Shown here in pieces: positions 10,223 through 21,368 of a DNA stretch of 64,000 nt. The translations under genes and the position numbers were made by a program. The notes under the pieces are model-generated. The model did no database searches. It was given only the letters and a program-made list of their open reading frames with translations, and was not told where the DNA came from. The DNA lies in assembly GCA_964019335.1 (NCBI GenBank), contig OZ025762.1, forward strand, positions 126,740 through 190,739. The letters run 5' to 3'. This stretch comes from Diplonema japonicum. Lineage: Eukaryota > Protista > Euglenozoa: Diplonemea. Position 1 is the stretch's first letter, and every line of letters starts with the position of its first letter.

Positions 10223-12004
10223 CTATTCTGTTGCGGCCTCTATGGAAAGTGCCGAGGGGGGGCAGTACTCGGGCTTCTTCGCACCCACACCATGGTTGAT
10301 ACTCAAGCTGTTAAGCTCGTCTACGTTCTTAGTCTTCTCAATATCAACATTGGAACTTCCAAACACCTCAAGCTCTATTTCCCCTTCCTGAGCATTATTC
10401 GAGAGAACAGCTTTGTATGACTGGTAGTTCGGGAAGAGGCACGCAAAGTGGGTGAGCTCCTCGAACACATGCTGCCGCGTCTCGCTTGCATCGTCGTAGA
10501 CACCGATGTAGGTGCTGATGATGATGTGCAGAACCACATCCACGAACACCACCTTCGACACAAACATCCCTGCCAGCGTCTGCACAATCAGCTTTGCAAT
10601 GAACAGCGGGCTCATCAACTTCTTAACGGTGTCCACCCCCTGTGCCTTCAGAGCCACCAAATGGTCAGCCAAGTAGATGCCCAACAAAAGGAAGATAAGG
10701 CCCAATATCTGCAGAACGATAGCTATGCGAGTGATCCGTGTCATCAGTGCCTGTGCCGTTTCACGTGTCACCGCTCGAAGAAGCTTGTCAGAGTACACCA
10801 AGAACAACCCCATGCTGGCGGTGATGAGGACAGCTGTGACCATCACAGGAGACGTCCCCACCACCACGAGAAGAAGGGCCATGATGCACATCACAATGGG
10901 AAGTGCCGAGGCCTGCAAGATGATCAACATCCACGAGGTCACACGGACACCAGGGAACATCAGCTTCGACATCTTCAAACCGCCCTGAAGACCAAGCATC
11001 AGACCCAGAACACCAGGGGCAAGTGACTTCAGTGCTTCCATGGCACCTATAAGAAAGGGGAGGTAGATGATGTACCTCAACAGGAGACCCACAAATGTCA
11101 GAACAAGCTGAGAAGTAGATAAGGTGTTGGTAGAGACATCCATGAGCTTGAGGCTGTCCGTCACGGTGCTCGCCATGTCGTCGATGTGCATGCTGCAGAT
11201 GCTGCCGACATCAGCAGGCTTCCCGTCCAGCTGCAGCTCAACGTGGATGGATTTGTATACATCTGCAATGGTGTTGAGGCAGAATTTGCACAGGCCCTGA
11301 ACCTCCTCCTTGGGGGAGACGATGTCCATCCAGGGGACGAAGAAGTAGATGAAAGGGAGGAAGAAGACAAGGAACCAACCGAAGGCAACGAGGCGGATGC
11401 TCTGGTGGTAGGAGACCCACCTCCAGGCGGAGGCGGAGTAGAAACCGATGGCGATAATGTTCTGAACAAGAGGGATGAAATCCAACAGCTGCCCCCTCGC
11501 CTTGCTCCTCATAAGGAACGCGTCGTCAGCAAGCTCGTTCTTCTCCACCTTTATGTCAAACGAGTTGTTGTTGCTCAGCATCGCAATGTTAAGAATGACA
11601 ACAACAACATAAAGCAGAACGCTGACGTTGAGCTGCGACCTCCGCCAAGCAAGGTAAGCACGTGAGACGGGGGGCGCCTTGTCTCCAAGAGAGGCAGCGG
11701 CGGCAGTGGTCTCAGTGGAATCCACAGAAATCATGTTAAGATCCGTTTTTAGGAGCCTTGCTGGCCTTGGTATCTGCAGCTTTAGATTATCAGCAAAGTT
11801 AATGGAATCCATGTGTTCACCGGCGTGGCATAGGTACACCAACAAACAAGCACCCAAGGCTAAGAACAAACCCAGCATTATGTAAGACAGATAGGACATT
11901 GCCTGGGTGTCCACCAAAGGGACAGGCGTTTCGATTGTAACTTGTGCCTGCAGAACTGCCGCGAGCTGCAAGAGTATTACTAAACAGGTGTATATTCTTG
12001 TCAT
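10223..12004 (-). CDS. Multi-pass membrane protein, paralog 3 of 3 (diverged)
   Basis: 593-aa ORF alignable throughout with paralogs 1 and 2, with several nucleotide-identical tracts. Confidence 0.85.
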   Translation of the reverse strand: MTRIYTCLVILLQLAAVLQAQVTIETPVPLVDTQAMSYLSYIMLGLFLALGACLLVYLCHAGEHMDSINFADNLKLQIPRPARLLKTDLNMISVDSTETTAAAASLGDKAPPVSRAYLAWRRSQLNVSVLLYVVVVILNIAMLSNNNSFDIKVEKNELADDAFLMRSKARGQLLDFIPLVQNIIAIGFYSASAWRWVSYHQSIRLVAFGWFLVFFLPFIYFFVPWMDIVSPKEEVQGLCKFCLNTIADVYKSIHVELQLDGKPADVGSICSMHIDDMASTVTDSLKLMDVSTNTLSTSQLVLTFVGLLLRYIIYLPFLIGAMEALKSLAPGVLGLMLGLQGGLKMSKLMFPGVRVTSWMLIILQASALPIVMCIMALLLVVVGTSPVMVTAVLITASMGLFLVYSDKLLRAVTRETAQALMTRITRIAIVLQILGLIFLLLGIYLADHLVALKAQGVDTVKKLMSPLFIAKLIVQTLAGMFVSKVVFVDVVLHIIISTYIGVYDDASETRQHVFEELTHFACLFPNYQSYKAVLSNNAQEGEIELEVFGSSNVDIEKTKNVDELNSLSINHGVGAKKPEYCPPSALSIEAATE

Positions 12005-12870
12005 CTTCCTTTTTCTTTTTTTTAATGTTTTGTTTCCTGTAGTGAGTGTCCTAGAGGATTGTTAAAAAAAAAAAAAAAGAGTCGGCTGATTGTTTGTTTC
12101 TGCGCAAGCCATATTTTTTGTTTGTGCAAGCCGTTTTCACCTACAGTAGGGATAAACGGACAAGCTGCCTCTACTCTTTTTTGCAATAACAATTCTTTTC
12201 AAAAATTTGTTTACTTTTTCCAGCAAAAAAAAAGAAAGAAGATAAAAGTAGCAAGCAAAAGAGAAGACAGGAAGTGAGAAGGATGAAAAAAAAAAAAAAA
12301 AAAGAGCGAAAAAAAAAAAAAAAAAAAATTAGGGGATGAGGCAATATCAGCCTCGTTCGAATGAAAACAAAGGAGAACAAAAAAAAAGGGGGGGATTATA
12401 CAAACTCACACCGTTTTGCTAGGGAGAAATGCTGGTTTACTTTTTTCTTATCCAAGGATTGTACTGCACATAAATGAAATGCTAACTCGTTTGTAATAAA
12501 ACCAGGGAATAGAAAGTCCAGTCTCTTAGCAGCATGTGGTGCCAATATTAATACAAGCATGATGGCCATTATCAGGAATCAAGTAAGACATTCTGGTAAG
12601 TTGGGGGGGGGGGGGCTTTCTAAAAGAAATATTTAAAAGAAAGTTAGGGATTTCCTTTGAAAAAAGGCATGGGGGGGGGGGGGGGAGGAGAAGAAACAAA
12701 ACCAAAAAGATATGGTCAATCACGGAATTTGTTGTTTTCTATATTTCTTTGTGTCGGGGAACAACCCCCGTATATTTGACGATACGGTAGGTAGACTCTG
12801 TTGTCATTGCGGCTTTTGAAAGCTCGCGTAAAAGGGAGAGAGAAAAAAAAAAAGCGGAATGGATTAAAAA

Positions 12871-13360
12871 TATATGAGTTAAAGGAAGTCTTTGTGAGAC
12901 GCCCCCTTGTTCTCATCTTCTACCTGCACCTATCCCCTTTCAGCAGCGGTTTCTCCTCCTTTGGTGGTCTTGCCGGCCTTCTCCCCAGCCTGGCCGCTCT
13001 TTCTCTTCGTTCTCTCGCCCATTGTCCTTTCAACGCCTCTAGGTCATGCTTGGTCTTCGGTGATGCAAATATCGCCCTCCTGTTCCATCCGATCACCGCC
13101 TTTGTCCTCCCGATGGATCGTAGTGTGTGCACCCTTGTGCTCGGCTCAGCTGGGAAGGCCCTCCTTCCTTTCACCTTCTTCAGTACCCTCCCTAGCTCCC
13201 ATGTGTGCCAGATCTTCTTCATCAATCCATGCAATCTCCTCGCTTTCTGCTGTACTTCTGCGAGATCCCCCAGCTTCCCTCCAAGGGTCTTCCCGGTCAC
13301 GTTCTCGAAATCCAGTGCCAGCTCCACCGTCGACACTGACGTGTTCCTGCTGCCTGCATA
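12871..13360 (-). mobile_element. Non-LTR retrotransposon family A, 3' fragment (5'-truncated)
   Basis: Nearly identical to 43321-43810. Encodes the VELALDFENVTG C-terminal region shared with the RT-bearing element at 59729-63574. Confidence 0.9.
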
Positions 13361-13439
13361 AAAAAAAAAAAAGAGGAGAAAAAAAAACCGAAAAGCTAGC
13401 TTCATTAACAGTGAGCGAAAAAAAAAAAAAAGTTCTTTC

Positions 13440-16400
13440 CTACAACACCCCATGTGGAGCAGGCTGAACGACATTAATTAACGGATGCTGCGGTGGGAGG
13501 GATTTAGGGGGGGCCTTTATTGTTTCGCTCCACACCTGGTGCTGCTGCTTCTGCTGCTGCTGATGTGCTGGCGACCCCACCGCGTCAGCATTGACGAACC
13601 TCTTGCAGATCGCAATAAAGACCTGCTCCAAGGATGTTTCTGTAATAGAGTAATCATCGATACTGAGGGTCTTCTGAGCATTCTGGATGATGGAGAACAT
13701 TTTAGATAGTTTCTGCCCTGCGGGGAGCTGGTACGTCAACCTGTGGTTGGTCTGCTCAACAAGCACTGACGAGGGGAAGGTTGCATTGAAAAACTCAAGA
13801 ACCTCCGCCTCCTTTTCAGGAAGGACCTTTACCTGGATCTCATAAGCTCCTCCGAATTTGTGCTTCAAGTGGGAAAGCGTCCCCAGGCACTGCAGCGATC
13901 CGTCCACCATGATGGCTGTACGGTGTGCCAAGGCCTCTACCTCCTCCAGATGATGTGTCGTGAGTACCACGCACCGTCCTTTCCCGATTAACTGTAAGGC
14001 TGTCCACATTCCACGTCGTGCCACGGGGTCCATCCCTGCAGTGGGCTCGTCTAGAAGAATGCATGAAGGTCCCCCTATGAGCGAGATCGCGATGCTCGTC
14101 TTTCGCTTGTTACCTCCCGACAGCTTTTTACATATCGTGTTTTGATGTTCTTCCAGTCCGAGGATCTTCATTAGACCGGTGGCCATGGCCTCGCCCCTTT
14201 CTTTTGGAACTCCTCTTAGAGCTGCGTACAGTTTTAGATGCTCCCTTGGTGTCAGCAAGTCCAGTAGCGCGTCGAACTGCGGGCAGTAACCGAGTTCTCG
14301 TTTAGCTTCTGCGGCGTCTGTGACTACGTCGTAGCCCTTGATGGAGGCGGTCCCTGCCGTTGGGGTGTAGTCGCCCGCGAGCATTGAGATGCACGTTGTT
14401 TTCCCCGCACCGTTGGTGCCGAGGAACGCGAAGATCTCGTCAGTCTTCACACCGAAGGTCACTTCCTTCACCGCTACCTTCGGGGGCCGCCCGTTCGCCG
14501 AAGAGAATACCTTCCGCAGCTTCTGCACCCGAACCACATCGCCAGGACGCTCTGCCAGTACCGCGTTCCTCTCCGCGGCGACGTCGTCATCCATCTCAAC
14601 TCCCATCTCATGGACATCTTCTTCAGATGGGGGCTTCATCACCCCCAGTGTGTACCAGATCTGTGGGAAGTCCTTGGCAAGAGCTAGCAAGGCGAAGATG
14701 GGGAACATTATGCACAGGAACACGATGTCCCACCCCACCACGTCCATGGCGAGGGGGCCGTCGCTCGTCAGCCCCATGTTCTTGTTTGCAGGGAGCTGCG
14801 CCAGGGCGAGGATCCCGTCCCCTAAGCAGAACGAGGGGATCACGCGGAATATGAACCGGAGCACCTTCGCCACGTCCTTGGTGGATTCTATTATTTGCAG
14901 GATGCCGATCGTCATCACCAACGCGAAGCCGGAAAAGTAGTTTCCAAGCAACACTGTGTTCTGACCTGTGGTCGCGCTCTCGAAATAGAACGACGCGTAG
15001 TACGAGGCAAAGATGGCGGTCACACCGTAGAAGAGGAACAGCAGAAAGGTGGCGAGGAACGTCGAACCGTCCCCGACATACTCATCTCTGCCGAATATGA
15101 AAAACATGAGGATGGTGATGAAGGTGCTTACCATAAAGGCTGCAAGGTCCCAGGTGAAGTTCGACAGCCAATAGGCTGAGAGGCGTACCCCGGACACGAT
15201 CTGCACGTGCTTCGACTTGCTGACGCGCTCCCTCACAAGAAAAGCGACGTAGTTGGCTGGGATAAAACAAAAGGGGAGCATCACGTTGGTGGCAGTGTTG
15301 ATAGCTTGCATGCTCTTCTCCTGCTCCTTGAAGAAGTCACTTAGAGGGAGGGGATTGTTGACTAGCTTGATAGGACTGCTGCTCCCTGTCTGTTGCCTGT
15401 ATTGCGACGAGGCGAGGCTGTTGAAGGAAATGGCCAAGCTGTGTGTATTACTTGCGTTGAAAAAGACAGTCTTCGGTATGTTGAAGTCGGCAGAAGGCTG
15501 GTACAACGCTTGCCAGCATTTAGTGTCCTTTGTATCGGTTCTGTGCAGCAGCCAGTCGCTCATGTTCTCGACAGTATTGAAGTAGTCAGGCACAGGTGTT
15601 ATTCCCTCGAACTGGTTGACAGCGTAAGTGCTGTCTGCTGGCGCTACCGGGAAGATGGAGTCTTCAGCATAACGGTAGAGCTCCACGGAGTCGAGGTCTG
15701 TCGTGTTCAATTTAGCAAGGCCGAGGGTGTACGCCACGATCACAACAGGCAGTACAAGCTGGAAGCAAATGGTGCACTTATCGCGTTTGCTGTACGTGTA
15801 CCGTTTTGCAAGCAAGCCACGCCACTGTGACTTGTAAAGGTCCACATTCTGAAGCCTCTCATCGGGCTGGATGTCAAGCGTGCGCATGGCCTCTTGACTC
15901 TCCCCGCGTCGTGCTGCAGCGGTCGGCGACGGCGACGGCGACGGCGGTCGATTCGCGTTGTCACTCGTTTCGTCGCTCTCATCGTGTGCGATCTTGATGA
16001 AGATCTCCTCCAACGTCGTCACGCTCATCCCGAAGGACCTGACCCCAAGCGAGCTCCCGTTCTGCTCGAGCTGTACAAACATATTCGAGAAGTTCGAAAG
16101 CCCCCACATAGGCACTCTGTAGGCCAGCTCTGAACCAGCGGACGACAGCAGCTCCACCCCCTGCTCGTTGCCCCCCTGTAACGGATCGATCTCCTTTTTG
16201 ATGGTCGCCGTGATTGTGTCGACGTTGCTGTCGGGGGCAAGCTCCATCGTTAGATTGTACCCGACGCCCAACTTCTGCTTCAAGAAGAACGACGACCCCC
16301 AGCAGTTCACACGCCCGGAGTGTAGGATTGCGATGGAGTCTCCCAGCAAGTCAGCCTCGTCCATGAAGTGTGTCGTCAGGAGGATGGTGCGCCCAGCACG

Positions 16401-18647
16401 TACTGTTTTCAGAAGGTCCCAGACAGCGCGTCTTGCCTGCACGTCCATCCCTGCCGTCGGCTCGTCGAGGATGATGAACTTGGGCCCACCCATGAGAGAG
16501 ATCCCCACGCTGAGCTTCCGCTTCATCCCGCCCGACAGCGATGCAGAGTTCACGTCTTTCTTATCAGGCAGCTCCACCTTGTTTAAGATGTCATCGACCT
16601 GTTCCTCTAGCTCTGATGACGGGACACCTTTGATGCGCCCGTAGAACCGGAGATGCTCTGCGCACGTCATGTTGTCCCACAGGATGTTGTGCTGTGGGCA
16701 CAGCCCGATGTCACGCCTCACTGCGCCGAGGTTGTCGACAATGGAGTTCCCGTACACACTCGCGTCGCCCGACGTGACGGGCAGCATTCCTGTCAGCATG
16801 TTGATCAAGGTTGTCTTTCCCGCCCCGTTGTGTCCCAGAAGGGCGAGGATCTGCCCCTCGTGCAGCGACAGGTTCACGTTGTTCACAGCCACCTTCTCTG
16901 ACCCGAACTCCTTTCGGAGATTAACAATTTTAACCCTTTCCCTCGAAAGCAGCTCTTGGTCAGTGATTGTCTCAAGCTTGCTGCGGTCAAGCATCCCGTC
17001 TGCAGTGTCGAGCCTGTTGAAGGTCGCAGTCGAGTTGAACCAGTAAGGCGGCCAGCAGTAGTAGCACAGGGGCTTCTTCGCGCCCCATTCGCTCGGCAGC
17101 ACCTGGTCCAACCACGCAGCAAGAATCAGATACAGAAATGTGTCGATCCAAAGGAAGGCCAAGGCTGTCGAAAAGGAGTAGCTGCCGTCCTTGGCGCTGC
17201 TCCATGACATGGGGTCGCCCTTCCCCGCTGCTTTGAACACCAGCTGCACCGCCTGGCTGAAGGCGTAGGTGCTGAACAATGAGAGTCCAGACTTCGTGGA
17301 AGAGGACGGGTTCGTGAGCACGAATGAAGGGATTGCGCTGAGCAGGTACACCATCGGGCTCACAAGACTTGCGAGAGAAGCCTTCGAGAAGAATACCGAG
17401 AGCAAGATCCCAGCGGATGCCAGCGACAAGCAGTAGCTCCAGAACAGCAGGAAGATGATGCCGTAGTCGGTGTTGCTGAGGTACGAGGCCTTCACCACGA
17501 CAGACAAAAGCAAGCCTGTAACTGACATCTGCATCATTGTTGTCATCAGCCAAGAGAGCTTGAAGGCAGGGGAGGAGAGGCCCATGATGAGCATCGCCTC
17601 GCGGATGCGGGCCTCCTTCTCACGAACAATGCTGGAGACGATCTGCGACATGGGGAAGAGGAAGGAGAGGGTCAGGATGATAGGAAAGAAGTCACCAGCG
17701 GTTTCGAGAAAGCTGTTTTGCTTATACCCCTGTATAGGCATCGGGATGACTGTCGAAGACTGATCATCTGATCCTGTAATGTTGGAGTTGATGAGGGTCT
17801 CGAGCGTCAGGAACCCCCCTCCGAGATACTGACGGAACTGTTTGTCAAGCCCGCGTTTCTCCGCCTCCTGCGTGCTGGTGGACGGTGTGCAGGTGCGGTT
17901 CATGCGGATGGAGTACTCCGCGGGGCCCTTGACCACGATCACGGCCCACATCTTTTGCGAGCCGTCTGTCTTTGCATAGTCGGTCGCCTCTTGCTCGCTT
18001 TTAAACGCAATCTTTGTGAACTGATACGTGTACGTCTTGCTCAACAGCATCGCGTCAAGCCTGTCCACGATACCTTGCTGCGCAGGGTCAGCGGGCACTA
18101 TGCTGATGTTGGCTCCGGTTCCCATGGCAACGGCTAAATTATCACCCCAGCTGTCCCAACCAGGGATGTCAACGGTCTGACCGAAGTGGCGCCAGAGCGC
18201 GATTGTGTCGAAGCTTGGGATGGTTGTAGAATTCTCAACATAGAACCAACGGCCGAGGAGATAAGCGAGCTCTCGAGTCTCCTCATCAGGGATGGACGAA
18301 TTCAGGCAGAGGTCGCCCAAGCAGTGCCACGGCTTGGGAACATCCACGCATTCTGAATAACCCACAGGCTCAGTGGCGCCCTTAAGCCGGCACATCCATG
18401 GCGTGAAATATTCATCAACATCGAAGTGGTTGTCGACAAAGCTCCTGTCATCCCACGTTACGGACCCTGCTGCAAGGTATGCGGGTATCAGCATCGTCAG
18501 GAAGAGCGAAGGAAGTAGTATTTCTATTAGCGTGCCCACCCATCCCTTCAGCTTCAACCTGTAGTTTTTCACAGTCACAAAGCACACAGCTGACAGCACA
18601 TTTGGTCTCGTGTACTCCCCCACCTTCACGCCCTCCTCTGCAGGCAT
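13440..18647 (-). CDS. ABCA: ABC transporter, subfamily A (full-length TMD-NBD-TMD-NBD)
   Basis: 1735 aa. Walker A GHNGAGKTT and GTNGAGKTT, signatures LSGGMKRKL and LSGGNKRKT, Walker B ILDEPTAG, and the ABCA-typical TLEEIF and SLEQVF motifs. Confidence 0.97.
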   Translation of the reverse strand: MPAEEGVKVGEYTRPNVLSAVCFVTVKNYRLKLKGWVGTLIEILLPSLFLTMLIPAYLAAGSVTWDDRSFVDNHFDVDEYFTPWMCRLKGATEPVGYSECVDVPKPWHCLGDLCLNSSIPDEETRELAYLLGRWFYVENSTTIPSFDTIALWRHFGQTVDIPGWDSWGDNLAVAMGTGANISIVPADPAQQGIVDRLDAMLLSKTYTYQFTKIAFKSEQEATDYAKTDGSQKMWAVIVVKGPAEYSIRMNRTCTPSTSTQEAEKRGLDKQFRQYLGGGFLTLETLINSNITGSDDQSSTVIPMPIQGYKQNSFLETAGDFFPIILTLSFLFPMSQIVSSIVREKEARIREAMLIMGLSSPAFKLSWLMTTMMQMSVTGLLLSVVVKASYLSNTDYGIIFLLFWSYCLSLASAGILLSVFFSKASLASLVSPMVYLLSAIPSFVLTNPSSSTKSGLSLFSTYAFSQAVQLVFKAAGKGDPMSWSSAKDGSYSFSTALAFLWIDTFLYLILAAWLDQVLPSEWGAKKPLCYYCWPPYWFNSTATFNRLDTADGMLDRSKLETITDQELLSRERVKIVNLRKEFGSEKVAVNNVNLSLHEGQILALLGHNGAGKTTLINMLTGMLPVTSGDASVYGNSIVDNLGAVRRDIGLCPQHNILWDNMTCAEHLRFYGRIKGVPSSELEEQVDDILNKVELPDKKDVNSASLSGGMKRKLSVGISLMGGPKFIILDEPTAGMDVQARRAVWDLLKTVRAGRTILLTTHFMDEADLLGDSIAILHSGRVNCWGSSFFLKQKLGVGYNLTMELAPDSNVDTITATIKKEIDPLQGGNEQGVELLSSAGSELAYRVPMWGLSNFSNMFVQLEQNGSSLGVRSFGMSVTTLEEIFIKIAHDESDETSDNANRPPSPSPSPTAAARRGESQEAMRTLDIQPDERLQNVDLYKSQWRGLLAKRYTYSKRDKCTICFQLVLPVVIVAYTLGLAKLNTTDLDSVELYRYAEDSIFPVAPADSTYAVNQFEGITPVPDYFNTVENMSDWLLHRTDTKDTKCWQALYQPSADFNIPKTVFFNASNTHSLAISFNSLASSQYRQQTGSSSPIKLVNNPLPLSDFFKEQEKSMQAINTATNVMLPFCFIPANYVAFLVRERVSKSKHVQIVSGVRLSAYWLSNFTWDLAAFMVSTFITILMFFIFGRDEYVGDGSTFLATFLLFLFYGVTAIFASYYASFYFESATTGQNTVLLGNYFSGFALVMTIGILQIIESTKDVAKVLRFIFRVIPSFCLGDGILALAQLPANKNMGLTSDGPLAMDVVGWDIVFLCIMFPIFALLALAKDFPQIWYTLGVMKPPSEEDVHEMGVEMDDDVAAERNAVLAERPGDVVRVQKLRKVFSSANGRPPKVAVKEVTFGVKTDEIFAFLGTNGAGKTTCISMLAGDYTPTAGTASIKGYDVVTDAAEAKRELGYCPQFDALLDLLTPREHLKLYAALRGVPKERGEAMATGLMKILGLEEHQNTICKKLSGGNKRKTSIAISLIGGPSCILLDEPTAGMDPVARRGMWTALQLIGKGRCVVLTTHHLEEVEALAHRTAIMVDGSLQCLGTLSHLKHKFGGAYEIQVKVLPEKEAEVLEFFNATFPSSVLVEQTNHRLTYQLPAGQKLSKMFSIIQNAQKTLSIDDYSITETSLEQVFIAICKRFVNADAVGSPAHQQQQKQQHQVWSETIKAPPKSLPPQHPLINVVQPAPHGVL

Positions 18648-19045
18648 CTGCGGGATATGAGGCGTTAGAAGGTTCTCTTCTAACGGATTCGTTTTTAGTT
18701 TCTTTTAGTGTACACGGGATGGGAGGGGGGGGGGGGGGGGGGGGCTTGCTAAAGGGCTGACGTACAGATTGAGAAAGTTGTTAAAAATAGAAAAAGAAGA
18801 AGAAAAAAAAGAGAAAAGAGAAGAAAAAAAAAAGGGGGAAACAAACATAAATTGAGCCTTTTTTTTTGTAACCATGGAACCTGTAGCTTTTGTAATCTTA
18901 CAACTGTATCTATAAAACAAACAAAAAAAAAATGAAATTTGTACGTTTTCCTTTTTTTTCAAAAAAAGGAAAAAGAAAAACACAATAAGACGATCACTAC
19001 AGCTAAAGCAAGGGTGCGATGAGAAGGCGATTTTCACACCATTCA

Positions 19046-19987
19046 CTAAAAGAATTGAGAGAAGAGACTGAACCAGGAGCCAGAAACGGGGCGGGCTGGG
19101 GCGGCCGGTTGCAGCAGGTCTGCAAGAGACGTGTGTCCGTGGCGCCTCGCGAGGTCGGCGGGGCTTTCATTGTCATTGTTTGTAATGGTGATGAGGGTGC
19201 TGTCATGGCTGACCAGCACCCTCGCAGCCTCTGTACAGCCACTGCACGCTGCCAAATGCAGCGCTGTGTTACCATTCTGGGTGATCGCAAACACGTCAGC
19301 AAAGTCCTCTAAAAGAAGCTGCACGACGTCTACGTGGTTGCCAACTGCCGCAAGGTGGAGCGCAGCCATCTCGTTGTTCAGTGCAGTATGAACAGCGCCA
19401 TGCTCCAGCAGCTCGCGTGCCACACTCGTTCGCCCGGTGCTGGCAGCAGTCCGTAGAACTGAATCAGCGTACATCTGGGGGAGCATTCCCACGTCACCAG
19501 GCAGGAAGCTGTCTAGAATCGCTTCGGTGCACTGCGGGAAGCCCTTTCCCTCAAGACCCGATATCGCAGCTGATACCCCTTTGTACCACTGCGTGTCCTT
19601 CTCGCAAATTTCGCACAGCAGCTCAAATATCCTTGCGTATCTTGCATCGCTCGCATTGACCGAAGAAACCGGCAACGACTGGTGCATTTGGACACGCGCT
19701 GCAAAACCTTCCATGTTGCACCCCACCCACCCGAGGTCCTCCAGCTTCATTTTAACAGCATGATTCTTGCTTACCACCGCCACCAGGCTGCTGCCGCTCT
19801 CCAAAGGGTGCTCGCACACCATGCTCGCATCGGCTAGTTCCAAACCCTCAAATGTCAAACTGAGAGCAGCTGCTTGTAATCCAGCTGATGCTGCCACATC
19901 CTCTTTCAGCTTGGCTATCGTGTTGCTGCCATCTGCCTCAACACTTACCACTCCTGAAGGAAGTTCTACCAGAAGACCAACAGACAT
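19046..19987 (-). CDS. UBL-domain + ankyrin-repeat protein
   Basis: Start taken at the ATG of MSVGLLVELPSG. UBL pattern TIAKLKEDV...LTFEGLEL, followed by ankyrin motifs ALHLAA and GNTALHLAA. Confidence 0.85.
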   Translation of the reverse strand: MSVGLLVELPSGVVSVEADGSNTIAKLKEDVAASAGLQAAALSLTFEGLELADASMVCEHPLESGSSLVAVVSKNHAVKMKLEDLGWVGCNMEGFAARVQMHQSLPVSSVNASDARYARIFELLCEICEKDTQWYKGVSAAISGLEGKGFPQCTEAILDSFLPGDVGMLPQMYADSVLRTAASTGRTSVARELLEHGAVHTALNNEMAALHLAAVGNHVDVVQLLLEDFADVFAITQNGNTALHLAACSGCTEAARVLVSHDSTLITITNNDNESPADLARRHGHTSLADLLQPAAPARPVSGSWFSLFSQFF

Positions 19988-20031
19988 GGTGACCTGAATG
20001 GATACAGTACAGAGTAATATATTTTTTGCCA

Positions 20032-20973
20032 CTAAGATGGTAACGCGGGCAGTAAAGATTCCGCCCTTCTCTCGCGTGCTGCACGCACGAGGAGCTTCAT
20101 AGCGCTCACAAAACCGCACTCCGCTGCAATGTATAGTGGGGTGCAGCCGTGCTTGTCCTTTACGCTTGGGTCTTGCCTGTAAGTATAAACGAGGAGCTCA
20201 ATCATGTTGGTGTGCCCTCCTAGTGCTGCGCTGTGGAGGCATGTCCAGCCGCGGGTCTTCACACCGGGGTCCTGGTGATATATTTCAACGAGGAGCTTCA
20301 TAACCCTGACGTGTCCATTTCTGGCTGCAACGTGCTGTAAGGTCATCCCGCTTTTTGTTGCGGCGCAAGGGCTGTACTTGCAGCAGCTGATGAGGAACCG
20401 CATGCTGTCCACGTGGCCGCAGTCGACGGCGCTGAACAAAGGCGTGTAGCCGTTGTTGATCGTGAGCCCGAGCCGTTCAGTGTAAGCGGCAACAAGCAAC
20501 ATGTTTGAGTCGACACCGTAGCCCCTGGCTGCGATGTGGAAACGCGTGCAATCGGCTTGTCTTTCGTGAGCAAGCTGTTTGTATGTTTTAGTGAACAGGC
20601 TCACGCATTCACCATGTGAACCCCATGCGGCGCAGTCTAACGGTGTCGTGCCACAACGTGCCTGCCTGCCAGGGTCCTCGTTGTACTCGTCGATAAGAAG
20701 CTGAACTGTATCAGCGTGACCGCCCAGAGCCGCGAAGTGGAGCGGGGTGAACCCACCGAGATCGGCAACTCCTGGGGGCTGCCCGTAAGCATCGATAAGC
20801 AGCCTTATCACATCAACACGGCCTTCCAAAGACGCAACATGCAGGGGGGTTATCCCACTTCTGTCCCTCTCGCCAGGGTCATGCTCGTGGATATCGAGTA
20901 GAATGTGTATGGTCTCCGTGCATCCTTGCTGAGCAGCGTGGTGGATGGGCGCACGGTCGCTGTCGTCGCTCAT
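20032..20973 (-). CDS. Ankyrin-repeat protein (possibly truncated or degenerate)
   Basis: 313 aa with about 8 repeats (GITPLHVA, GFTPLHFAA, GCTPLYIAA). The last repeat ends abruptly and the start is uncertain. Confidence 0.7.
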   Translation of the reverse strand: MSDDSDRAPIHHAAQQGCTETIHILLDIHEHDPGERDRSGITPLHVASLEGRVDVIRLLIDAYGQPPGVADLGGFTPLHFAALGGHADTVQLLIDEYNEDPGRQARCGTTPLDCAAWGSHGECVSLFTKTYKQLAHERQADCTRFHIAARGYGVDSNMLLVAAYTERLGLTINNGYTPLFSAVDCGHVDSMRFLISCCKYSPCAATKSGMTLQHVAARNGHVRVMKLLVEIYHQDPGVKTRGWTCLHSAALGGHTNMIELLVYTYRQDPSVKDKHGCTPLYIAAECGFVSAMKLLVRAARERRAESLLPALPS

Positions 20974-21107
20974 GTTCTCATCTCTGGTGAGGGTTGTATG
21001 GGTGTAGACGAATGTTTTTAGAACATTATAAAATGAAATGTGTAGGGGGAATAGAATAAAGAAAGAAAAAAAAGGGGGGGTGGTGGTTTTGTGTTTTGGT
21101 GTGCTGT

Positions 21108-21368
21108 TTAGAAGAAGTCGTTCCCCACAGAGCTGGCATTGCCCTGCACGTTGTCACTGATGGTAGCGTTGGCACCCATCCCGCCAGCTGCGGCGGCGGT
21201 GTCGAAGGCCCCACCACTGCGGAACTTGTACTTGCACATCCACCCGTAGTCAGAGTCGTTCATACATGACCCGGCAATCCCAGCATAGGAGCCCCCCTTA
21301 CCCCATGTGTCTACTTTCCCGCTGTACTGGAACTTGTTCCCTGTTTGCGGCCCTCCAACAACAGGCAT
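21108..21368 (-). CDS. Small Gly-rich hypothetical protein (86 aa)
   Basis: ATG preceded by an A-run as in neighbouring genes, coding-like GC content, same strand as the cluster. No recognised domain. Confidence 0.55.
   Translation of the reverse strand: MPVVGGPQTGNKFQYSGKVDTWGKGGSYAGIAGSCMNDSDYGWMCKYKFRSGGAFDTAAAAGGMGANATISDNVQGNASSVGNDFF

Noticed and set aside
18876-18897. Possible spliced-leader relic (ctgtagctttt..aatc), plus ctgtacttt-like strings near 20004, 33732 and 48207
   Set aside because: Matches are short and gapped against an SL sequence recalled from memory, and are expected by chance in AT-rich DNA.
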